A DNA stretch of 64,000 nt from Klebsormidium nitens (taxonomy: Eukaryota; Plantae; Klebsormidiophyceae): contig DF237207.1 of NCBI GenBank assembly GCA_000708835.1, positions 1-64,000 of the forward strand, given 5' to 3'. The position numbers and the translations under genes were made by a program. Shown piece after piece: positions 37,984 through 55,283 of the stretch; position 1 is the first letter of the stretch; each line of letters starts with the position of its first letter. The notes below the pieces were generated by a model, which was given only the letters and a program-made list of their open reading frames with translations, was not told the DNA's origin and made no database searches.

Positions 37984-39193
37984 GATGAAGATCTTTCTGA
38001 TTTTCAAAAGGTTGCAAGCCTTAGCGACTAGTAACATAACAGAAACCAGACACGGCGCGCGCCGCCCGGCCGCCGGCGCGATCCAACTCAGGGTTTCAGC
38101 CAGGGTTTACTAAGTACTCACGCATGCGCAGTGCATGGCGGGCGGCCGCCATAACCGCCATAACTGCGCGCGCCCCAGATCCGCCACAGCCGCCCGCTGG
38201 ACGGACCGATGGGTGATCATGGTCCCGGGCCGAGTCCGGCCACGCGGCGGGTCCAGCTCGCTTTCTGTCGTTGTACCAACGGATCAATGGATAAAAGGGA
38301 AAAGGTCGTGCCAGTCCTGCGTGTGTTGGATGATTGATGGTCACTTGATGACCACGCTTGTTGATCATGACTGCGCGACTTCCTCAGGAGTGCAAGGCAA
38401 GAAATCTTGCGACGGCAGGTCATCAGGATATTTGCCTGCCAGTGACGCCTGGTCCAACGCGGCGGCTATATGTGATCATAGACATGTTGCGTACGTCATG
38501 CCGGGGTAATATTGAGATGCAATTATATATATCATTTCCTTCGCAGGTCACCCTAATCCTTTGGAAGGCCGGGCGCCCGCGCAAATGGCACGACAGGGTT
38601 TGGAGCTACAAATGTTCGCATAATTCAGCTACAACAACGCGGCTATACGAGATGCGTGCACTGAGCTAGCTCGATGAAGGGACGTACTCTGATTTGTCAA
38701 GAGAAGAGTGCAGAAAGACACTTGCAGTGGTATATGGAAAGTAGAACGTAATGGCGTAAGGAACTGGAGTAGCAATGACCTCCTCTTATAAGATGTTGTG
38801 CATTAGCTGATGAAAATAACCTGATGAACGGTGCCCATGATAGTCGTACATGATTGATGTTGGCTGTACATAACGGTGTTTGCACGGCTTTGATTTGTGG
38901 TGAAGTTGTGTCGCGCATGCAAGGCTCAGCTTGCAACGACGCTTGATCCGTGATAGTTATCACCTTCAGACGTGTGATACATAGTGAGACTACGGGGCAT
39001 TAGGGGCCAACATGCCTCAAAAGCTGCTAGACGATGGCACTCAGTCGCAGCACTCAATGCTTGATGCATTTCTGCATATCGCGTGTCTCGACCCTTGGAA
39101 TTAAGAAGAGCTATCCCTACTCTTCCGGATCAGAAGCAAGCGCCCGGGCGTTGATTGTTTGAGCAGATGGGTTAGGTCTGAGTCTGAACAATA

Positions 39194-44745
<5,552 letters not shown>

Positions 44746-45701
44746 GACGGTGTCAGGGGAGTTCCACATCACTTCAATTGTGTGGAGAACTGTGAACCTC
44801 ACGAGCTTCTAGCTAGTCGTTCCACCTGCTCCAACTGCTGAAAAGAAGTCTCCTGTGATGACGCTTTCAGCTTGAAGATGCAGTAGAAGGGAATGGCAAA
44901 GGAGAAGGTCCCCTATAGTGAAAGAGGCTTACTTCAGCCTTCAGGGCTGCCCGTTCATTGAAGACGATCAACAAAGAAGAGCTAGGACTCGAACCCCTAA
45001 TTTTCCTACAGGCGCACTCGAGGAACTTGAGCCGTCCGTTGATCACTGCCGTATATGAACGGATGGAAAGGTCTGACTATCGAACCACAGATTGGAAAGG
45101 TGACAATCGGACGGTCAAATTGAGGGTGACACGTGGAGATCGAAGAACTCCTGTCTGATGCAGGGGCATTTACTTTCTGATAAGGACGGGATTTTGTTTT
45201 GAGCCAAAGTGTACATACCATGGTACATACAAACAGGGAATCAGCTGCACACATCATCATCAGCAGCCAGCTGTGGTACTTGCTACTCAGGCTGCTTCTG
45301 TACCAGTACCTACATAGTACACAGCCAGAGCTGGAGGGGAGCTCAGTGGAAAGACTGGAGAGGCGTACTTGAGTACCGTGGAAGGCACACCGCATGCGAG
45401 TCCATCCGGAGACACGTAGGTACGACTTCAGCATCTCTTTTCAGGAGGGCGGTCCGCATGCAGACCCCCGCACCGTGAGCCTACCGGTATTGCAACTTTA
45501 CTGCTATCCCTCCCACATTTGTTGGTAGGTAATCCAGGTTAGCTGCAAGCCACCAATCCTTCCTCGCAAGGAGACAGATTCACTGCAGCAGCAGGAGGCA
45601 TAGGGTTCTTGTTGGAGTGCGTTTCTGCTGAATTTCAATTCTTGTCATCTATCTTCAGCAATATTTGAAGCTTCACGTGGGTGATACCTTTGCCTAGCAG
45701 A

Positions 45702-48700
45702 ATGGCCAGCAGTGACTTGCCCTCGAGGACGGTGAAGCCAAAGCATGACGAGAGCCGCACGATGAAGGCAATTGCGTGGATGGGCAAGAAGAGCGTGCAT
45801 GTGTCGGACAAGCCGGTGCCGCTGATCACTGACCCGGTGGGGGGGCCACACTATGGGCATATTGCCCGGATGTCCAGTACTGTTGCTTCACACATGGACT
45901 ATGCTTGCTTCCCACTTTTTCACGCAGACCTCATCAGGTTTACTGATTAGCCATTTCTTGTTCAGTTGCTTCTGAAGGTGCTTCAAGCACCGTACGGCAA
46001 GCCACTGCTTGAGTGGCACAAGCGTGTCAATCAGCTCTGGACGCACGCACGCTTGCCTCAGGATATTGTGCAGCCATTTGCACGTTTGGTTTTGAATCTG
46101 GTTAGAGTGGCACAGTGCATGCACCTGTTTTACCAAAGATAGAGATGGCTTTGATCAAATGTGATTGTAGTCTGTGGTCCACCTTTATTGGGTGAAGCCC
46201 TGGTGCCTTCTCATCCTCACATGCATGTGCCCTCTTGTCTCAGTTTCCTGTTCTCTGACTGTGACTTGGTGGTTGTGCCACCTGCTGCAGCACGACGCCA
46301 TCATCAAGGTGACGGCCACCGCCATCTGCGGCTCTGACCTGCACATCTTTGTCAACGCCATGCCCGGTATGACCAAGGGCGACATCCTGGGGCACGAGTT
46401 CATGGGCATCGTCCAGGAGGTCGGGCCGGAGGTGAGCACACCCCACTGCAGCACACGCCAGACCAAAGCTGTGTGTGCAGGGTTAGAAGCTGTAGTAAGT
46501 CTTCAGGTGTAAGATTCATATGCACGGCTGACGTCTTGTGAATGTGTTTGTTTTTTTGTGAAATTCCTTTATCAGCCGTCTTGGAGGAGTTTTCTGATGG
46601 GCGTCTGAATCATTCAGATGGAGCACCCGGCAAACTAGCTGGGCGGGTCTGCCAATACTTGCTGTATGGAGGGCATATTGACTGTCTCCTCTTGGATTGC
46701 AGGTGACCAAATTCAAGCCCGGTGACAAGGTGGTGGCCTGTTTCGACTTGGGCTGTGGGCAGTGCTTCTACTGCAAGCGCGGCCTGTGGAGCTGTTGTCA
46801 GGTGACCAACTCCAATCGCTTTACCGCTCATTGTGTTTAGACACCTGTCCCACTCTCACTTGGCCCTTCGTTAGATTGTGATTTCCTCTCTACTTTCAGT
46901 CTCTCTTTTTGACGTTATACTCTTCTTCTTCAATTTAACTCTCTTAGCAATCTTACCTCTCTGCTCTTCTAGGTCACCAATCCTAGCAAGGAGCAGGAGG
47001 CGATGTATGGTGACCGGACAGCTGGCATGCACGGCTACTCTGCCATGACGGGAGCTTATGAGGGCGGGCAGGCGAGTCGACTGTCTGTTTCGGAGCTGGA
47101 CGCTGTCTCTTTGCTGTGACAGCAAATGCCTCTTGTCCTGATGATCTGTAGCCTTCAAGACTTGACAATGTTGACCGTAAGACATCCTTACTATAACGTT
47201 TTTAGTCACACACTATCACACGTGTTAGCAGAATGTTGGTTGCTGGGCGTCATGATGAAGGCATAAGGTGCTGTGCTCATGCTGCTTTCTTGTTTGCAGG
47301 CGGAATATGCAAGAGTCATTTTCGGTAAGTGTCCCTTGCAATCTGTGTGTGACAGACGTCAACGAATGCTTACCGTAGCACTCTTGCTGCGATCTACTGC
47401 ACTTGCCCTTTTGAAGCTCAAAGTCTTTAACTTGGAGCATTCCCTGCGTCTTAAGTTTGCTTTGTCGGGTTCTGGTCAGCACAGAGTCCAGCAACCCTGC
47501 TCTTATTCCAATTTTCAATGTCGGACTGCGTATCTTAAATTCCGCTACGTAGAGAGTAGAAGACCATCCAGGTTCCGGCCTTTTGGTACTGCTTGCTGCG
47601 GCGTCCTTCGAGCTGGGACGAGGGGCTCACTCCAGTCTTTTGGCTTGCTGTGCAGCTGACGTGAACCTGCTCAAGGTCCCCAACGACGCCGCCGACGAGA
47701 AGTACCTGTTCCTGTCCGACATCCTGCCCACCGCGTGGCACGCCACCGAGCTGGGGGAAGTCAGCGAGGGGGACACCGTCGCCATTTGGGGCGCAGGCCC
47801 GGGTGAGCAAAGCACACTCGGCTGAGACGGACCTCCTCAATGTGAATCAGTTCCACTTCATAGTCGCCTTTCCTGCGCTCTTCTTATTTCCCTGCTGATA
47901 TGCGCCTCCATAAATGGGGCAATCATCACCGGCCTCCGTGAAGCCCGGAGCTCGTGCGTCGCCAGAGCGGAGCTCTTAAGAGGAGCCTTTTGGTTCAAGA
48001 GTGACCATTGTTCCTTCTCGTGCTGCGCAGTGGGCATCCTGGCGGCGCACTGCGCTGCTGCCCGCGGCGCGAAGCGCATCATCATGGTCGACAACCAGAC
48101 GTACCGCCTCGACTTCGCCACGAGCAAGATTCCGGGGCTGGAGACGGTCAACTTCGGCGAGAAGAAGGTGATGGAGACGCTCAAGGAGATGACGGGCGGC
48201 CACGGCCCCGACGTGGCCATCGAGGCGGTGGGCTTCCACTACTGCAAGAGCTGGACGCACGCCATCGAGACCGCGCTCATGCTCGAGACCGACCCCTCCG
48301 AGATGCTCAACGAGATGATCGTCTCCGTGCGCAAGGTGAGGCCCCGATCTGGTCACCAGGACTTCGGACGACGAAGCTCCCCTTGCGCTCTTGGTGATCG
48401 ACTTGTCTGCTGCTCGGTTCGACTCGATCTTGAGTCGCAGGAATTCCTGCTGAGTACTCGTGGACGCTGAGATTGTCCGCAGCTTCTCGGCTTGTCCACG
48501 GAGTTGTCTGCAGCACCCCTGCACGGAGTCTCTGTATCGCTGCTAAGTCCCAAAAAAGGAGAGTGTCGATAGCGAAGGGCTAAGCGTGGGGGAAGGGAAG
48601 GGGGCGAGGTCGGAGGGGGGGAGGGGAAGGATGAGAGGAGGCGGGGAGTTCTTCCGGACGGTAAGTAGACCGTCAAATTTGGGTGGAGCAGATTGTTATC

Positions 48701-49473
48701 TTTTCTGAACACCCTATTTCGTCTGTGATACTGACCACGTCAGTTGTCAGGGCATCTTCAAGGCGTTCCTTTCTGTGCCTCTGGCCCACTGAGGATCAGC
48801 TGGCCGGTCGTCCGGTGATCCCTAGTGACTTTGAGACGAGATGCTTCCGCAACACTGGGGCCCGCAATCAACTTGGACTGGCTTGTGCAGGGCGGTCGCA
48901 TCTCCATCGTGGGAGTGTACGCAGGCTTCACGGTAAGCCCTTCCCCAGCACTCTTGTTATCAGAACCCTCGCCGGGCCGGCACGAGCAACACGTGCTTTT
49001 GCTGCCAGTCCTGAACATGCCAAAAGCACGCTGCGAAAGCTGTTGATTTCAAGGAAACTTGTTTTGCGTCAATTGTCTCGCATCATCTGAAGAGCTGTCG
49101 GAAAGCAGGACATTTCTGGCACGCTCAAAGAGCCCCGCCTTCCCTTATTCTGTAGTTTAGAGCGGTTGTGAAATGTATATCACGGCCTGCCTCCAGTTTG
49201 AAACGTTCAATCCTGCTTTCGTGGCAGAACCACTTCAACATCGGCGCGTTCATGGAGAAGCAGCTGACGATGCGCGGCGGGCAGACGCCGGTGCAGAAGT
49301 ACTGGCACGACCTGAAGACGCTGATCGACAAGGGCGTGCTGGACCCCACCATGGTGCTCACGCACACGCTGCCGCTGGACCAGGGGCCCGAGGGCTACAA
49401 GATCTTCAACGACAAGACCGACGGCTGCGTCAAGGTCGTGCTCAAGCCGCAACTCATGGCTGCCGGCGCATAG
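45702..49473 (+). CDS. Zinc-dependent medium-chain dehydrogenase, formaldehyde-dehydrogenase-like (multi-exon)
   Basis: [26 protein letters not shown], structural Zn CGQCFYC...[54 protein letters not shown]. Confidence 0.9.
47072..47299 (+). other. Non-canonical GC-AG intron in the dehydrogenase gene
   Basis: GGG CAG|GCGAGT ... TTTGCAG|GCG GAA TAT. This is the only junction that gives the conserved GGQAEY peptide. Confidence 0.8.
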
Positions 49474-50773
49474 ACGATCAACGACCACGAGAACGGGCAG
49501 GGCCTTAAAATGAAATGCCCCAAGATATAGCTGCACCACACTTGTGCTTATAGATACCACCGTAGAGGCTCGTTGGCAGAACTTTTGTAACTTATGTGCC
49601 AGAGCGGCTAGTCATGTCGGATGGAAATGTATCATATGGACAATTTTGTGTAGAACTTCAAATCGTACGTAGCACTCATAGTCGCCCCTGAGCAGAGAAA
49701 ACTCCGAGCTAAGACTCTCGATCGCTTAGTTGTGAGAGCCTCGTAAAAGACTTGAGAAACCTGTGAATCTAATCAACTGAGGGTTTTCTGCGCCCGGCAA
49801 CTTGCTGCTGGTAGTTATTGTACTGAAAGAAGTTGCGCCCCGTTCGTCTCGGGAAACTCCGCATGCAAAGCACTGCATCTTATTGGGGCAACTTGATTGT
49901 ATGTGAACCGCTGAGCCTCTGCACATATTAATTCTGGGGCGCGCTCATTCTGACGTGTGCTTAGCAACGTTTACTGACAGACACCCGGGCTTAGCTCCAT
50001 GAGATAGACTTACATGTTATCACACCAGTGAAACCTAGTATATCCTAGTATAACTCATTAGCGCTGAATATGATCGTAGGATTTCACATGTAAAATTCAT
50101 TTTTGCCCAATCTTTGGCGGCCGGCCCCAGGGCCGTACGGTCATGAATCATCAATTCGATTCTAACACAGTCGTCTATCGAGTACTATATACGGATTGCA
50201 GCTTAAAATCATTGCTTATGTCAACGCCCGACTCCGCTCAATTGTATCAGTAGCTCGATCAGAACTTGGAGTGATTGCGTTTCACACATCTCGAATGAAT
50301 GCCAGATCGACCCTGAACATAAGACGGGCAGCCTGGCGCAATTTAGGCGGGACCCGCCTACCAGTGTATACAAACGGGCCTCGAACGCATTGCACACAAA
50401 TCGTGCAAGCTCCTGTGCCGAAAGATTTTAGGCAGATAGCCTTGTCCGGTCAGGGAGTACCACTTGATCCATTTCCTCATCACACGTCATCTTGGCCATT
50501 CGCCAATTCCTGCCTGTGCGTGCCAGCTTTTTCTCTTGAGAAAAAGACCAGGTAACGTGTATCTAAAATGATCTCGCGTAATCAATGGGCACCTGCTAAA
50601 TGGCATGCCGGAGATTCAGGAGGCTCCTTCGTGTCCGTCGACACGACTCCCAACTCCATGTACTTTTTGCAATCGGCGGGGCGAACCAAGCGTTGTGCTC
50701 AGGGCCGCTAGCGGCACACTGCCCCCACCGTTGAATGCTCGTGCGTGCAATCTGTATAGTACAGTCTCAGCAT

Positions 50774-53700
50774 CTATGGTTCGTCGGGATCTTCCTCTTG
50801 CGCGCTCTCCTCGCTGCTGCTCTCCAAGAACTCGTCTACCCTTTCCGCGGCTAGGTCGGCCTGCAACCAGGACGGCATCATCATCGTAGTCAAGAAACAA
50901 GGCAATGCCCCTGTGACGTCAGAATGACTCCAAGAGCATGAATTACAGGCGCGCCATTGTGCGCGGTATTGGCCAAAAAGGGGTGTCCTTTGGTCCGACG
51001 CGCCCACAGTCGCAGCTTCGCATGGACTGTGCCACGATGTCAGCGAGCTTGGTGCAAAGGGACACGTCGTGCACGCGGTCTGGAAAGGCAGAGTGTGCGC
51101 GTACCTGGAGCGTCCAGTCCGTGTGCAGCAGCAGCGCCATGAGCAGCACGATCTGGACCGTCACGCCCAGCATTAGGCCGTACCACAGCCCCTGCACACG
51201 CGCCACCCACGCGTAAAGCACTGGCCCACGTTTGCAAGCTTGAACCAGACGTGACGACAACCCACAAGCTACCGCAGCATATTCCTATCTTGCAAGCAGG
51301 CTGCAACCGAGCACCTTGCGAGACTCTTAAAGGTATGACAGGCCGTGTTTTACGACCGTTCAAAGCTGCTAGAGTCCACTATTGGTATCGTGCAGCGGTT
51401 CCTTGAAAGGGAGAATCCGTGTTGGAGCCAAGGCTCATACTGTGGTGGTTTCCGTGAGGCAATCATGAGCCGCACTCAGGCGTCTCGGTCGGTGGTTTCA
51501 AGACATTTGCTCTTTAGCAAGGGCGCTGGCTGACGCGGCCTGCCACCGGGGGCACCGGAGCGAGCATGCTTCACGAGCCGAGGGGAGGGACGAGACGCAG
51601 AGGGGCTGACCTCGAGGCCCCAGTGCCACTTGAAGGTGAACCAGATCAACGCGGGCACGCCAACGGCGTAGTAGCAGATGAAGTTGATCACGCTGCCCAC
51701 CAGCTGCTGACCGCTGCCACGCAGCACGCCTGAGCACGAGCCACCAGTAGTGAGGCCCGAAGAAGTACTGAGGCGGTGTGAGTGGCGGCGCACCTCACTT
51801 GCCAGATCACTTGAAAGGGCCTGAAGCTTGTGAGAAGCTTGGAGTTGCCCAAGAAGCAACGAGCCAGCCAAATCTCACATGAAGTACGGAACTTGCATAA
51901 CACCGTAACACCTCGCAGCTACACTTAGCAGGCGACGTTTTACTCAGCATACACGACGGACAACTCGGACGGGCTCTTCCGTTGACAACTCGAGACGGTC
52001 ATTATTAGAGGGTACGCAAAAAGGGCCTCGGGACGCGGGAATTGGCGGCTCACCCGAGAGGATGGCTTGCAGCGCCACCCCGAACTGGGAGGCGACCACG
52101 AGCGGCATGAGCTGCGACACGAGTGCGATGACGCCCGTCTCGTCGGCGGACGTGAAGAGGAGCGCCCACTGCTTCCGCACGAGCAGCAGCAGCAGCGACA
52201 CGCCCGCGCCCACCAGCAGCGCCAGCCCGATGCTCGTGTGCAGCGCCAGCCGCGCACGGCCCGGCTTGTTCGCGCCCAGCTCGTTGCTCACACGGACACT
52301 GTCGACGGGACGTCCACAAGTGTTTCGAGATCCGGACTGGCTTGACAAACTTGAGCAGCGTGTGAGGACGCGCCAAAATGACACGAAGGAGTCCCTTGTC
52401 CCCTTGCCACCTCGCCAGAACTCGCCGAGCATTGAGAATCACGGACTTTACGAAACAAACGGTACTGCTTCTCCAACTTTTATAACGAGTGCAGCGTCAC
52501 AGGATGATCAGCGAAACTGCACGAAGATCCGGGACGGCTTGGCTGGCCGCTCTCACAAAACGGGATCGAGGGTGATTAGTGGAAGGCGCGGCGGCGCACC
52601 TGACGGCGGTGCTGAGGCCGAGGGGGAGCATGAAGCAGAGCGCGGTGGTGTTGAAGCAGACGGTCATGGCCGACACCTGGTCCTCGGGGTTGGGCAGCAG
52701 GCCCGCCAGGATCACGATCAGCTCGAAACACCACAACTCCAAACTGCACGACAGGGCGCCACCGAACTCACTCGGATATCTTACGAACAAGCAACAGAGA
52801 CCGCGACCTGAAGGACGTACGACGGTGCACTCCTGAGTGCCTGATTCATCACGTCCTTTCTTTAGTTGACAAAGAGACCAATTGTCAAAGGAACCCCCTC
52901 GGTCACATATCAATGTTGAATAGGATTCGATAGTCGCCACCCGGAACCTGCTAAAAGATCATCCATCTAGTTGGCGAGCTCGCACGCCGGTTGCTCGCAG
53001 CGCCTCCTCACCAGGTCATCAAGCATGCCGGAATTGCGAGCGCCAGGAAGGGCCCCCAGTCCTCGAGGCAGTCGCGCGACCAGCCGTCCCACGTGCGCTC
53101 CAAAATCCCGCTCGTCTCATAGCGGAGGTACAAAACGAGCAGCCCCAGATTCACGATCTCGGAGAACGAGTTAGCAATGGCGGCGCCGGTGAAGCCGAAA
53201 TCGAACGTGTAGATGAACAAGTAGTTGATGGGGATGTGCAGCAGCAGGCTTAGCCCGGAACACAGTGCCAGCGGGTATGAGATGGCCTGCACCAAGGAGC
53301 AGAAAAGTTGGGCCCATGGAGTAAGCAACGGCAACCGGCTTCCCAATGCTTTCATCCCGGCCAGAGATGCCGTAGGGGAAGTCGAGGGAAACACCACCCT
53401 CCCGCTGTTGCAAATTCACTAGAAGGGGTGGTTCACAAGACAAAGCAGCCCAGAAAGCGAGATCCTGTCCGAGAACCCTTTGCGAACAGTGCGTTCCCAG
53501 GACGTGGTCTGCTACAAGAAGGCATAACCGTCTCTGTTTGTCTCTCGCACAGAACTCTGTGGAAAGAATTGAACCCAATTGCCTCACCGATTAACGCCCT
53601 ACACTGCCCTCGCTATCTACGCCCAGCTAAAGTGGCGAAAAAACAGTGTCATGCATAGCGAAGAGCAAAACTCACCTGGCTCTGAATGTACTCTGCGACC

Positions 53701-54829
53701 GGGTATAGCCAGGCGGAGGCGACGAGGCCAGGTATGAGGTAGAGCATGTACTGGCCCGCGAGGGCGGCGATGGCGGGCTCCTGGTGCCAGAGCAGCAGGA
53801 TGTCCTCCGCCTTGAGCCACAGCAGGGCGATGGGTATACAGAAGATGGTCATGATCACGCCCCCCCGCTGCAGCATCAGCCCCAGCTGCTCGTACTGCTC
53901 CGCGCCGTACGCCTGCCCGCACAACGTCTCCAGGGCACTTGCGAGGCCCTCCTGGGAACAGGGGGGAAGGGGGGCTTACCTCAGGCAAGGCCGACGTCAA
54001 GCACAGATAGAAACTGTCTCTAACAGTGTGATCGATATACAGGCCGTGAATGCAACAAGAATTCCCCTCTTTTCGAGGAAGCCCGATGCAAGCTAGATCA
54101 TTCTGACACCAAAAACTTTACGCCCTGCTCCTGCGAATGGATGCCTGCACAAACTGGCGGCATATTAGCCCGGCGATGCACTGGGCGGGGGCTCACCATG
54201 ACAGAGATCCCGGTGACATTCGCAACGCTGGCGGCCAGGGCAGCCGCTGCCAGCTGGGTGGCGCCCAGGTGGCCCACAAACATGACGGACACGAGCGCCA
54301 GCATGAACTCAAAGATGTTCATGGTGCTGATGGGCAGCGCCATGGTCCACTGCTTGTACGCCTCCGCTTTCAGGTTCGCCACCGCGGGCAGCCCCACCAG
54401 GGGCAGGTCCTTCTCATCTTCTAGCTCGGACTGATCGTCCGCAGCGATGGGCCCAGTCTGCCCATGCAGCAGCGGGGCTTCCAGGTCGGTGGTCACGCCA
54501 AACGGGCGATCAAAGCCCATGCCCAAACCGAGCGGTGGCTGCAGAGGTCGTGGGCGGGTCTTCTTCTCGGGAGGTTTGATGGGGGGCCCTTCAGCTTCAT
54601 CTGCATCATCTGCGGACCAACTGCCTTCATCCGGCACTTCTAGCAGGGTGCTATGAGGAACGCTGTTGGAGCGACGATGGCGGCCGGTGGGGGGAAGCGG
54701 TGAGTGAGGCAAGCCAGGCCTGTGCCCATAGTGTCGTGGCACATCTATCACTTGCGTGATAGCTTTCCTACTGGCAGAGTCGCTCCGCCGAAGGAACTGA
54801 GGGGCGGGCTTGGTACTGCTCGGCGCCAT
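50774..54829 (-). CDS. MATE (DTX-type) efflux transporter with a long hydrophilic N-terminus (multi-exon)
   Basis: SVMFVGHLGATQLAAAALA, GLASALETLCGQAYGA, INYLFIYTFDFGFTGAAIA, FLALAIPACLM, LELWCFELIVILAGLLPNP, VRVSNELGANKP, GVLRGSGQQ, FYAVGVP-like (CYYAVGVP), GLWYGL. Confidence 0.93.
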
Positions 54830-55283
54830 GGTAGCATCACCTGCGTTACTTCAGTGCAAAGGCATGCAGCAAAAGATCATCCAAAGATAAATCACTGGCT
54901 TCCTGCATGTCATTGTTATACCTTCTGCATCATGCTACAACAGCAAGACCTTGCCAAACCAAGGCTGATCTTAAAGGAAGGCGCCCTGAACCCTACGAAG
55001 GCTGAAGAAAAGTATGCGTGTGCGCTGCTACACATGCTAGCTCAGGCTGCAACCCTTCTGCTGCAGTTGAAAAGCAGATTGACCAGATCTGATGGATTTT
55101 TAATCCTCAGGATAACCCGCTTGAACACTACTAAAGCGTGTAACTTCTTCTAGATTCCAAACCTTGTATTCGCCCGCAACATGTTGCAGAATGCGGCTGC
55201 TCGAGAAGGTACGTTCATGAATGCGATTAGAGTTGGACCGCGAGCCATTGAAGCAGAATTCTCAGGACTGCGGCTGAGCTCTC

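Noticed and set aside
44983-45040. B-box-like GGTTCGAGTCC on the minus strand suggesting a tRNA or SINE
   Set aside because: The T-stem does not pair properly and no acceptor or D stems can be formed.
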